47,009 nt of DNA from Octopus bimaculoides (Eukaryota): NCBI RefSeq assembly GCF_001194135.2, contig NC_068997.1, positions 15,394,525 to 15,441,533 of the forward strand, in the 5' to 3' direction. The notes below the pieces were generated by a model. The model made no database searches and was not told the DNA's origin. It was given only the letters and a program-made list of their open reading frames with translations. Each line of letters opens with the position of its first letter. Positions within the stretch are counted from its first letter, which is position 1. Below, piece after piece: positions 22,891-35,925 of this stretch. The translations under genes and the position numbers were made by a program.

Positions 22891-24086
22891 TATGTAAATG
22901 TTGAATTTGACCTGTGAAGTCTGCTTATTATGAACTTTTGGACGTATTTGTGTGAAGGGAGTAAAAGACTTACAAAGAATGAGTTCTGGGGTCAATTTCT
23001 TCGACTAAAACCCCTTCGGGTGATACTATAGCGTAGCTGCATTGAAATGGTTGAAACTCGTAAAAAAAAAATTATGCAAATTAGTATTTCCAGTTTTTTG
23101 AAGCCAGTAGATTTATAGAGTATATAAACAGAATCGCTGTCTTTTTCTTGGGGAATGTTGAAGGGATGCAGAAACGACTGATGAGATGCCAATAAGGATT
23201 GAAAATCGGTTCAGTCCGTTTATAATTTTTTTCAATCTACAGAGAAATAGTAAATTTTGGCACATTTGTATGTGTACTATGTAGATTTGTGTGTGTGATA
23301 TATATATATATATATACACACACACATATGCACGCGCGCGAGCGTAAACATAATCATGTTATAAAATTTATTTGACAACATATTTGACAATCACAAACTA
23401 TCGTTACGTGCTGATGGCATCTCTACGTAGATCCTGAATATAAAACCACACATTTTTGCGCATATACATACACACACAGCATACAACACATACACACACA
23501 CACACACACATATGCCCTGTCACTGTGTTAACTTGACACGCCAACTTCTACACATTTCTAGTAATCTGTACAGCGATTCTTTGTCACAAGAAAATTAAAA
23601 ATGCAAATGATATTCCACCGAGCAGGTGGAACAGCCACGTCAGCAAAGTCAAAACGAACAAATGGTGCAAATAAGTAAAGAGACACATACGTTTGAGTCT
23701 TGATGAGGAAACATCATTAAAGCACTACTGAGATACCGAATGAAGACAATGTTCAGTGGAGAGGTCTTTTCGCCTTGGTGAGGACCATTCCATTTCTCTA
23801 GCGGTCGTGTCACGATAAAACGCACCAGTAGTACACAATAAAACGATTGTGGTAGAAATAGTACATAGCCTGACAAAAAACCAACGTTAAGAGTAAGAGG
23901 CGGTCCTCGGAGTGTATAGGTAAGAAAGGATAGATGACCCGTTAAACCCATAGCTGTTTGGTCAAATAAACGACCATAACACTGTGTGCACCTGCACGTG
24001 TGTTTATACACGTTAAAATTCTTTGTATAAAAACATGTATATTTATATATACATATGTGTGTGAGTGTGTGTGTATNNNNNNNNNN

Positions 24087-24130
<44 letters not shown>

Positions 24131-24439
24131 TATATATATATATATACACACACATGTATATATATTTATGTATGTGTGTATTTATGTATGTATACAAATA
24201 TATGTATAGCTATATATACATATCTGCATGTATATACACATATATATATATACAATATACATATATATGAGTGTGTGTGTGTGTGCGTGTGCATCTTATG
24301 AAGAGATGGATAGGCATAAGTACAGCTAGATAGAAAAAGATAAACGCTTGCGACCATTTTTATACAAACGTGTGCACGAGCCTTCTTCAAAAATGCCTGT
24401 GTAGGATATATATATATATATAATTACATATATACGTGC

Positions 24440-24490
<51 letters not shown>

Positions 24491-25049
24491 TCTATATATA
24501 TGTGCATGTATGCATATACCTGCATACATACTTATATATATATACATGCATATGCATTTATACCTACATATATATATGTATATATATACACATATAAGAA
24601 CACACACACACGCACATACATGCATGTGTGCAAGTATGTATGTATTTCTTTGTTCAGATATTCACTGTCCCTTGTTACCGTTCCATCAAATTGCTCCCTA
24701 TTTACCAGTTCGTCTTTCTCTTTAATTTCTCTCTGTCGTCTTTTATTAAAAGTAGAGTTAATGCAGAATTAATTGCTCTCAAAGTGGTGCGTTGTCGGCA
24801 AATTGGGGCATGTGCCTCGCGGCTAGAACTGGGCTTTTGAAGAAACGAACGCTGTATTACTCTGCATTAATTAAAAGGATCGCAAACAAATAATATAATG
24901 AAGATAAAACTTACCGAAAATAAAAAAAAGTATACAGAAAAAACAAAAAATAAAACGGTAGGATGAATGAAAATATAAAAGAGATATATAAGAAAAGTCT
25001 ACCGACCAATATATATATATATTGATATATACATGTGTGCATGTGTATG

Positions 25050-25088
<39 letters not shown>

Positions 25089-25484
25089 ATATGTATGTAT
25101 ATATACATATCTACATTGAAATATATATATAGATATATAATCTCATATATACATATATATCATATGCATACATATATACGTATAGATAGATATACGTGTG
25201 TTCATGTGGTAGAATGTATGCGCCTGTATGTATAATACATGAATTTATATATGTATATATGTATGAATATTTGTGAGGGTGTGTATATGTATGCATACAC
25301 CAGNNNNNNNNNNNNNNNNNNNNNNNNNNNNNNNNNNNNNNNNNNNNNNNNNNNNNNNNNNNNNNNNNNNNNNNNNNNNNNNNNNNNNNNNNNNNNNNNN
25401 NNNNNNNNNNNNNNNNNNNNNNNNNNNNNNNNNNNNNNNNNNNNNNNNNNNNNNNNNNNNNNNNNNNNNNNNNNNNNNNNNNNN

Positions 25485-25521
<37 letters not shown>

Positions 25522-27004
25522 ACACACGGGTGTACATATGTATAGAGATAGATAGATAGATAGATCTACTATAGACAAAGCTTTTGTTTCCTGCAGCCAA
25601 TTACGTGTGCAGTTCTCTCAGTATGGAGCCGGCTATATAAGCCCCTTTTGGTATGGATTGGAAATGCTACTCATTTCCATAAAACTCTGTATATACGCAC
25701 ACACACATACACATTATAAATACACACACCTGACGTGAAGTTAGATGATTAATATGTAAGGTTCACTTTGTTAATCAAATAGCGGGTGGCTTGTACAGGT
25801 AGAGCTGTGTTACTTGACATTATATTGGAACAGAAAAGCAGGCTTTAAGCTTCATAATTATCATCACCACCACTACCACCACCACCAGCAATATTTTTTC
25901 TATACATTGATTTTTATTTATCCATTTTATTGTCTCTCCATTTTAACATCATCTTCTTAAATGATGAGTTTTCCAAGTAATAAGCTAAGGAGTTTTCACA
26001 TTTTAATACAAATGAAGACTCTTTTCCATGACTTTTCATACGTACTTTTAACATAAGAGGAATGTTTGTTTGTAGAATCAATATGGAATTTTTCAGTGGT
26101 ACAATGTTTGTAATTGCGTTCCCATTTTCTCTCCCTTTTCACTGACCCAGCTACACGCTGTCAGTCGAACGTTTGTTTCTGTGAATACGCATTCCCAAAC
26201 ATTCGTACGATCCTGTATGCGAGGTTCTAACGGTCGCAGTTTAGTCTGCTAATTATACNNNNNNNNNNNNNNNNNNNNNNNNNNNNNNNNNNNNNNNNNN
26301 NNNNNNNNNNNNNNNNNNNNNNNNNNNNNNNNNNNNNNNNNNNNNNNNNNNNNNNNNNNNNNNNNNNNNNNNNNNNNNNNNNNNNNNNNNNNNNNNNNNN
26401 NNNNNNNNNNNNNNNNNNNNNNNNNNNNNNNNNNNNNNNNNNNNNNNNNNNNNNNNNNNNNNNNNNNNNNNNNNNNNNNNNNNNNNNNNNNNNNNNNNNN
26501 NNNNNNNNNNNNNNNNNNNNNNNNNNNNNNNNNNNNNNNNNNNNNNNNNNNNNNNNNNNNNNNNNNNNNNNNNNNNNNNNNNNNNNNNNNNNNNNNNNNN
26601 NNNNNNNNNNNNNNNNNNNNNNNNNNNNNNNNNNNNNNNNNNNNNNNNNNNNNNNNNNNNNNNNNNNNNNNNNNNNNNNNNNNNNNNNNNNNNNNNNNNN
26701 NNNNNNNNNNNNNNNNNNNNNNNNNNNNNNNNNNNNNNNNNNNNNNNNNNNNNNNNNNNNNNNNNNNNNNNNNNNNNNNNNNNNNNNNNNNNNNNNNNNN
26801 NNNNNNNNNNNNNNNNNNNNNNNNNNNNNNNNNNNNNNNNNNNNNNNNGGTGGTGGGATCTGGCTGGAGATGACGGAAGGGCCGTAAGATCCTCCGACGA
26901 AAGGGTAGGGTGGAGGGGTGGAAAAGGAGGGGAAAAGGGGTGCGGATAGGGGATTGTTGTGTGCAAGGAGCGAGGACGGTGATGCGATCGTTTAGACGAG
27001 CGTG

Positions 27005-27166
27005 GGTAAACTGATTATATCGACTCTAGTATTTAACTGGTATTTATTTTAACAATCGCGAGAGAACAAACGGCAAAGATTGACCTCGGTGGAATTTGAA
27101 CTCAGACGTAAAAAATACCGGAAGAAAGACTCCTAGGCGTTTTGTTTGAAATGTCAGCTCACTGCC
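27005..27166 (-). mobile_element. SINE family A, degenerate
   Basis: gacctcggtggaatttgaactcag is the reverse complement of the family A core. Confidence 0.7.
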
Positions 27167-27305
27167 TTTCTAATAGTAGCAATAGAATCTGCAGCAGAAA
27201 CACATTTATGTTGAGTCATCCTCATCAAAGTAGAAAATATACAGTATAAACATACTAATAATCCATTGTGTAAAATTAAATTGTCTACAATATTGTAAGA
27301 CTTAC

Positions 27306-27422
27306 TTCTATAGACTGACAACGAGATCAAAGCTTACTACTCCGACATCTTGACCAGAAACCAAAAAGGGAAAGCGTATGTAATCGGTGATATATCTCGG
27401 TTTCTTTTGATCGAAAGAACGC
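27306..27422 (-). other. Candidate 117-nt non-coding internal exon
   Basis: Minus-strand acceptor ttttttcactttttttacttctacattcttccag|G and donor AA|GTAAGT flank unique sequence. All three frames contain a stop. Confidence 0.4.
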
Positions 27423-27656
27423 CTGGAAGAATGTAGAAGTAAAAAAAAGTGAAAAAAAGTCAAAAAGTTATCTGTGTAGGAGATTGACAACTTGGATGAG
27501 AATAATATGCAAGATGGAGACAGTTTGAGAACGAGAATGAAATACATGACTGATAAAAGAGAGCATATACAAACGTATTAACACACTAAAGCTTAAGGCT
27601 TTAAACAACAACAACTACTACTGCTGCTGCTGCTGCTAACTAACTAACAATAGTTT

Positions 27657-27831
27657 CAAATTTTGACACAAGGCCAGCATTTCCAGTGCTCTGCTATTAT
27701 TTTTTTAATTAATATCTGAAAAGATGAAAAGCAAAATCGACCCCGACAGCATTTGAATTCGGAACGTAAAGACGGACGAAATGCCGCTAAGTGTTTTGCC
27801 CGGCACGTTAACGGTTCTTCGACCTCGCCGC
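27657..27831 (-). mobile_element. SINE family A, degenerate
   Basis: atttgaattcggaacgtaaagacggacgaaatgccgctaagtgttttgcccggcacgttaac...ctcgccgc is the reverse complement of the family A head. Confidence 0.75.
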
Positions 27832-28641
27832 TTTAACTAACTAACTAACTTAAGTGGGACGGGATACTCAACCAGAAGAAAAGGATCTCTTCAGTTTGGC
27901 TCACAGATTTTTTAATCAATATTTTTAACTAAACAATTTGAAAATTCGTATACTGGTGTAATTTCTCATGCTGAATACGGTTTACATTCAACATACAGTA
28001 GATTTCTTCAACTGAATACACATCGTTGATTGGCTAAAATTACCCAGATGTGACAACTTTAACACGAAATAACTTCTAAAATACGAAATTTTGTCAAAAA
28101 TGTTGAAACTAAACCGTGTTCAGCGTGAGAAATAACACCAGTATATGAAGTTTCAAACAGTTTAGTTTAAAAAAAATAATTTTAAAATCTGTGAGCCAAA
28201 CTATATAAAATATAATCGTGTGTATGCATGTAAATGCATGAACGTTTGTAGGTGTGTATGTATGTGTGTCCGCATATGTGTATGCATGGAGGTGTGTATG
28301 TATGTGTGTGTGTACGTTTATAGACGAATACATGAAGATTCAAGATGTAGGAAGAAAAATGAAAAAACAACAAAAGCAGCCCTTTTTACCACCACTGCTG
28401 CTGCTGCTACTGCTACTGTGTGCTCTCAATACTTAAAACAACTAACATCAAACATTTTTTTTCAATATCTTAATCAATGCAGAGAACATTGACATAAAAC
28501 ACGGATAGTTTTTTTCTTTTCTGTATTTTTAATTCTCATAATTTTCCTTTTTATTGTTATTTTGCCTTGTTTTTTTAACTTTTACATGTATTTTTGAAAA
28601 ACAATTACTACTACTACTACTACTACTACTACTAATACTAA

Positions 28642-28675
<34 letters not shown>

Positions 28676-31214
28676 ACTACTACTACTACTACTACTAATA
28701 TTGTTGTAACATGCATACATACATACATACATACATACATAGATATATATATATACAAGCATACATATACACATATATACACACTTATATACGTACATAT
28801 ATGCATACCTGCTAGCATACATACATACATACGTACATACATCGTACATACATGCATACATACATGCATACATACATGCGTACGTACATACATACACACG
28901 TACACACATTGTACATACATGCGTACCTACATACATACATACATACNNNNNNNNNNNNNNNNNNNNNNNNNNNNNNNNNNNNNNNNNNNNNNNNNNNNNN
29001 NNNNNNNNNNNNNNNNNNNNNNNNNNNNNNNNNNNNNNNNNNNNNNNNNNNNNNNNNNNNNNNNNNNNNNNNNNNNNNNNNNNNNNNNNNNNNNNNNNNN
29101 NNNNNNNNNNNNNNNNNNNNNNNNNNNNNNNNNNNNNNNNNNNNNNNNNNNNNNNNNNNNNNNNNNNNNNNNNNNNNNNNNNNNNNNNNNNNNNNNNNNN
29201 NNNNNNNNNNNNNNNNNNNNNNNNNNNNNNNNNNNNNNNNNNNNNNNNNNNNNNNNNNNNNNNNNNNNNNNNNNNNNNNNNNNNNNNNNNNNNNNNNNNN
29301 NNNNNNNNNNNNNNNNNNNNNNNNNNNNNNNNNNNNNNNNNNNNNNNNNNNNNNNNNNNNNNNNNNNNNNNNNNNNNNNNNNNNNNNNNNNNNNNNNNNN
29401 NNNNNNNNNNNNNNATGTGTATGTATATACATGCGTGTGTGTGTGTGTGTGTGGTTATATTTTGTTTTATGTATGAATAGGTGTATTATTTTCTTTCTTT
29501 TTTTCTTTTTCTGTCCTCTCCAAGTGTCTGTTTGAAAAGTGATTATCGTATTACATTCTGTCAGGTGTCTTTTTAAGTATACATTTTAATTAAACATCAG
29601 TCCTAAAAATACAGTGAAAGCTAACGATCTCTCTTGATATACAATTAAATTGTGGTTCCTAAATGACTTAGATACATCTGTCTCAGAATATCTCAGAATC
29701 TACGATTAAAAGAAAAACATTAGTAGAATATAAAAAAAAAGAAAGAAAGAATTAGCGAAGCAAAACAAATCAAAAATTAATACAAGAAGAAAAATCGAAG
29801 AATCTTCATAATGCTAATGACAATTTCATTTCATTTTCTAACAATGACAACATACTTTCACTTTCATTTTCGTTTTCTAGCAATAATAGCAGCAGCAGCA
29901 TCAACAGCAGCAGGAGCGACATTAATAACAGCCACATCAACATCAGTAACGTACTTACAATTTTGTTTTATACGACACTTTGATTCTTGTTCAAAGGTAG
30001 AAATTTAATTAACAATGAAAGACGTAGAGGAATTCACGATGTCTCTGAGTTAGACATTATTACATTATTTCAGATTAATTTACACACACACACACTTTCA
30101 TATTTATTTATATACATAAGTATGTACATATATATCTATGCATAAATCCATGTACACTTATACATAAACATCCATCCACAGACNNNNNNNNNNNNNNNNN
30201 NNNNNNNNNNNNNNNNNNNNNNNNNNNNNNNNNNNNNNNNNNNNNNNNNNNNNNNNNNNNNNNNNNNNNNNNNNNNNNNNNNNNNNNNNNNNNNNNNNNN
30301 NNNNNNNNNNNNNNNNNNNNNNNNNNNNNNNNNNNNNNNNNNNNNNNNNNNNNNNNNNNNNNNNNNNNNNNNNNNNNNNNNNNNNNNNNNNNNNNNNNNN
30401 NNNNNNNNNNNNNNNNNNNNNNNNNNNNNNNNNNNNNNNNNNNNNNNNNNNNNNNNNNNNNNNNNNNNNNNNNNNNNNNNNNNNNNNNNNNNNNNNNNNN
30501 NNNNNNNNNNNNNNNNNNNNNNNNNNNNNNNNNNNNNNNNNNNNNNNNNNNNNNNNNNNNNNNNNNNNNNNNNNNNNNNNNNNNNNNNNNNNNNNNNNNN
30601 NNNNNNNNNNNNNNNNNNNNNNNNNNNNNNNNNNNNNNNNNNNNNNNNNNNNNNNNNNNNNNNNNNNNNNNNNNNNNNNNNNNNNNNNNNNNNNNNNNNN
30701 NNNNNNNNNNNNNNNNNNNNNNNNNNNAATATAAACAAATTTAAATGTGCACCAATTAACGAATAAATTATTTTCTAACTTCCATGTTATTTGAAACCCT
30801 ACATTAACTTTTTGAAACTATAATTTTCTTTACTGTCTTTTTTTTTTAACATAAGCAAATTTAATAACTACTGCGTTCCAATATATATACTGTCTACACA
30901 TTGTCGCCTAGGAGAAATGAGAAAGGAAGCGCACGGGATATGGTGTGTGAGTGTGTTTGTATGTACGTGTGCGTGCTGAGTGTGTTGCATTGTGTTTGAA
31001 AAGGAAAGAGTTACAATAAGAGAGGGAAAAGAAAGGGTTGGCTGCAAAAAAGGGTCAGAACAAGGAAATTATAGAGACGATGGAGAAAGGACACCCGAGT
31101 TTGACGTAATAATCTGACACTGTTTCTGTACTTCACACTACCACTCTACTTTCTACAACCACTTCATTGCAACTCTCAGTCTTTCACCATCTTTTTATTT
31201 GGATCTTCCCTATT

Positions 31215-31600
31215 TTACTCCAATGGTTGTTGTATTTTTTGGGCCGCGTATCTTTTGTATCTTTCTGGAGAGGCCTTTCACATAGGGTAGACAGACTGTG
31301 AACAGTTCATTGGTTTCATCCTCTCTTTTCTTTATAATTGGAGTGGATAGTATGTTTTTGGGGGTAGTTGTTGCTTAATAGATTGTTACTGAGCTCGAAC
31401 ATGTCTTCGTGGTTGGTATCACGATCGCTACTTTTATTCTTTGCCCAGTGTTTTAGGCACTGAGCAATCCTTCTCTTTACACTGTATGGATGATGGGAAT
31501 TTAAGTTGAAGTATCGCCCAGTGAAGGCCGGCTTGCAGTATACGGATGTCCTGAATCCATACTTGGTGCGTGTTATTAATACGTCCAGTAAATAATGTAA
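31215..31600 (-). mobile_element. Penelope-like (Penelope/Poseidon-type) RT C-terminus/thumb and linker fragment
   Basis: LDVLITRTKYGFRTSVYCKPAFTGRYFNLNSHHPYSVKRRIAQCL.H.AK..SS...NNYP, then after a frameshift LFTVCLPYVKGLSRKIQKI. This matches the PLE FLD / T.VYRKPT / S.HP..K / N.YP / LPY..G.S motifs. Confidence 0.88.
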
Positions 31601-32251
31601 ATAAAGTACATAATTCCTCATCTCTTATATATAAAACTGTATTATCTAATCGGTACGGAACCGACATTAGACTTTAATGGAGACATATAGAGAAACACCA
31701 TAAAAAAAAACTAGTTCGTCTTTCAAAACATCTAACTTCTTTATGTAGATGTAGAGACACAAAGCTAATACCACCTGGCTTGAATATAATATGTGAATAA
31801 TGTAAATAATTCCTCATCTCTTAAATACAGAACTATATTCACATTTTATGCTTTGTTTTTACGCTGAATATAATGTGGCATAGGATCCTGCACATGCCAA
31901 GTGTTAAATAACCCCTGAATGTCATACACCAGGCGAAACAACTCACCCTCGAATCATCAAGAACGATAGACATCACTATTTAACCATTATTGTGGATCTG
32001 GTTTACATATATATATATATATGTCTACATCGTATTGACAGACCATAATAATAGCGAAATATCAATATCTATCATTCTCGCTGATTCCGATTTATCTCGC
32101 CTGGTCTCTGACATTCAGCTGTTATTTAGCACTTGGCGTGTGTAGGGAGCTTTCCCAAGACGCAAAACTGCATCAAATTCGCCGTATAAACCAAACACTC
32201 TGTATGTGCGATCGATAATGTCTACAATATTATAGTTGCTTTCAATTTGTA

Positions 32252-32299
<48 letters not shown>

Positions 32300-33829
32300 N
32301 NNNNNNNNNNNNNNNNNNNNNNNNNNNNNNNNNNNNNNNNNNNNNNNNNNNNNNNNNNNNNNNNNNNNNNNNNNNNNNNNNNNNNNNNNNNNNNNNNNNN
32401 NNNNNNNNNNNNNNNNNNNNNNNNNNNNNNNNNNNNNNNNNNNNNNNNNNNNNNNNNNNNNNNNNNNNNNNNNNNNNNNNNNNNNNNNNNNNNNNNNNNN
32501 NNNNNNNNNNNNNNNNNNNNNNNNNNNNNNNNNNNNNNNNNNNNNNNNNNNNNNNNNNNNNNNNNNNNNNNNNNNNNNNNNNNNNNNNNNNNNNNNNNNN
32601 NNNNNNNNNNNNNNNNNNNNNNNNNNNNNNNNNNNNNNNNNNNNNNNNNNNNNNNNNNNNNNNNNNNNNNNNNNNNNNNNNNNNNNNNNNNNNNNNNNNN
32701 NNNNNNNNNNNNNNNNNNNNNNNNNNNNNNNNNNNNNNNNNNNNNNNNNNNNNNNNNNNNNNNNNNNNNNNNNNNNNNNNNNNNNNNNNNNNNNNNNNNN
32801 NNNNNNNNNNNNNNNNNNNNNNNNNNNNNNNNNNNNNNNNNNNNNNNNNNNNNNNNNNNNNNNNNNNNNNNNNNNNNNNNNNNNNNNNNNNNNNNNNNNN
32901 NNNNNNNNNNNNNNNNNNNNNNNNNNNNNNNNNNNNNNNNNNNNNNNNNNNNNNNNNNNNNNNNNNNNNNNNNNNNNNNNNNNNNNNNNNNNNNNNNNNN
33001 NNNNNNNNNNNNNNNNNNNNNNNNNNNNNNNNNNNNNNNGGAACATCGGGAAAAAAATTACTTTTCTGTTGTTCTTGCAGCTTTTCCTTTCCACAAAGGT
33101 CAACTTTGCCTTTCATCTTTGTTGGGACAACAAAATAAAATATCAAAAACTGGGGCCGATGATATCAACCAGTTCCTTCCCTAAAAATTGCTGACCCTGT
33201 TCCAAACTTTGAAATCGTTAATGACATGGTTATTTTTATTCGATTCTTCATGAATTTTTAAAATTAATTGAAACAAAAGCTGTGCATTTCAATAAAAATA
33301 AAAGGGTTAAAGCCACAACGAAACAAACCGATAATGTTTTTAGTTTTTCTATTTTCTCCTAATTTCTCATTATTAGAAGAATGGTTATTCCTGTATTCGT
33401 ACTTTGCACCGAGTATTTGCAGACTGACAAGAACAAAAGCTTTCCCAATAGGTCAAGTTCCTTCTGTAATTCGAAGATTCGTTTTGAAGAACTTACTTCC
33501 ATAACAAACCGTTGCTAAATTGGAATGCTATCCTGTTATTAATGAATTTGCTGAGAATTGAGACCATTTTTGTCTTTTGTGCCACATCAAAACTATCAGC
33601 GAAAACCTTTCATCTATCTAGCTAATTGTTTATCAACTTCTTTGTGTGTGTGTGTGTGTGTGTGTGTGTCTGTACGTATGCATGCATGTATACACACACA
33701 CACATATACACATACATATACATTTATATCTATCTATGTATGTATATATATAAATATAGACAGACACACACACACATATATATACGTATACATATATAGA
33801 TATAGACACACACACACACATATATATCT

Positions 33830-33862
<33 letters not shown>

Positions 33863-34485
33863 AATATAGACACCCACACACACAAGTATATATATCCATA
33901 CATATATATATAAATATATGTGTGTGTGTGTGTGTGTGTATGTGTATAAATATGCATATGTGTGTGTGTATGTATGTATAGATATGCATGTGTGTGTGTG
34001 TGTGTGCAAGAATGTGTGATTGTTTTTATGTCAGCATACATATAAGTATTTGTGTGTATGCGTGCATATGTATTGTGTCATGTGTCTGACCGATTATATG
34101 TATATATGTACGAGTGCCTTTTTGCACGTGCGTGCGTTTACATACGCGTGCTTAGGAATGTGTGAATATGCGTACATGCCTGTGTATATATATATGTGTG
34201 TGTGTGTGTGTGTTTATTTTTGTATATGCGTGTACATACAGTTGAGTAATTATGTGTTCATATACATACATATACACACACACACATATAAATATGTGTC
34301 TGTATATGTATGCATATTTATATACGGGTATGCATATGTGTATGTAGTGAGTGTATATTTTTGTTCCCCCCCCCGCCCCGCTTCTTATTCTTCTCTCTCT
34401 ATGTCCATCTCTCTTTCATCTCACTTTACATCTTTCCTGCTTAATTATTTATCTGTTTACTTATCAGTGAGTGCCTATTCCTATG

Positions 34486-34520
<35 letters not shown>

Positions 34521-34960
34521 GTCTATTTATCTATTTGTCCATCTCTCTGTCTGCTCCCTCTCCCCCTCTCTCTCTCCACCTTTCTCATTCCTTTTCACTC
34601 TCTCCTTCTTTGTTAGTTCTCTCACTACTTCTATCCTACTGTTAATTCATTAGTTCATTGTTTAGTACTCCCTCTGCTTTCTATCTCTTTATCATCTCCA
34701 CCTCTCTCTTCTTTCCTTCTCTTTTACTTTCGCTCACACATGCATGCATGAATGTATGTGTGTATATTTATGTGTTTGCACAGACGTGTGTGTGGATAGG
34801 TGTGTATGTTCATGACTATATGTTTGTATGAATATACATGTATATGAGTGTGTATGTGTGTGTGTACACACACACACACACACATATATACATATATATA
34901 TATATATACATATATATATGTGTATGTATTTTTCTATCAATCTCTCTCTCTCTCTCTCTG

Positions 34961-34996
<36 letters not shown>

Positions 34997-35034
34997 TATA
35001 TACATAAACACATATATGTAAGTATGTACATCCG

Positions 35035-35071
<37 letters not shown>

Positions 35072-35599
35072 GCATATATATGTGTGTGTGTGTGTATGAG
35101 TGTGTATGTGTGTGTAACTACCTATCTGTCTGTGTCTAACTCTTACTTTCTGTTAATTATCCAAGAATCCCCGAAGGTTTTTTTTTTCCTAATACAAACC
35201 AGCATATTAATTTAATCCCTCCGCTCTCTCACTCTGTCTCTCCCCCTCTCCTTCTAACCAGCGTGCACCATTCCCGCCACCATTGGTCACTCCTTGACCT
35301 GACCAGCTTTACACACAAACAATAACTGGTCAACAAGACTGAGACGCTTGGCTGGACAATGAACTAATCAAAATTAGTCGGTCTGACAAGACGCAATGAA
35401 AAACAAAGTATAAATATAAACGAAATAGAATAAAAACAAAATAAAAAATTTAAAAATCGTGCAAACAAACGCAAAAACATAAATAATAAGATAGCAACGA
35501 ACCAATCAATAAACAGCTGTACTGACACAAACCTCATAAAATTTCAAGAATACACGTTAGCAAGGAATCAAACTGTCTTTCTCGTCTGAACACCACCAG

Positions 35600-35925
35600 T
35601 TTCATCAGTGCCGTCAACATCGTCAGTGCCGTCGTCATCATCTGCATCATCAGTGTCACGATCGTCATCGTCATCATTAACATCATTATCATCATCGTCG
35701 TCATCGTCGTTATCGTCATCATCATCGTCATCGTTATCGCAATCATCATGGCCATCATCATCACCGTCACCATCGTCGTCATCATCATCATCGTCATCGT
35801 CCATCGTCAACATCGTCTTCATCGTCGTTATCGTCATCATCATCGCCATCGTCATCATCGTTGTTGTCATCATCATCATCATTAGTATCATTATCAGCGC
35901 CACCAGCATTACTGTCACCAATCAG
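35600..35925. repeat. (ATC/GTC)n imperfect trinucleotide array
   Basis: Seen directly. Confidence 0.9.

Noticed and set aside
31085-31200. GAAACAGTGTC on the minus strand downstream of the PLE RT fragment
   Set aside because: No valid CUGANGA box with a pairing stem II upstream, so a hammerhead cannot be supported.
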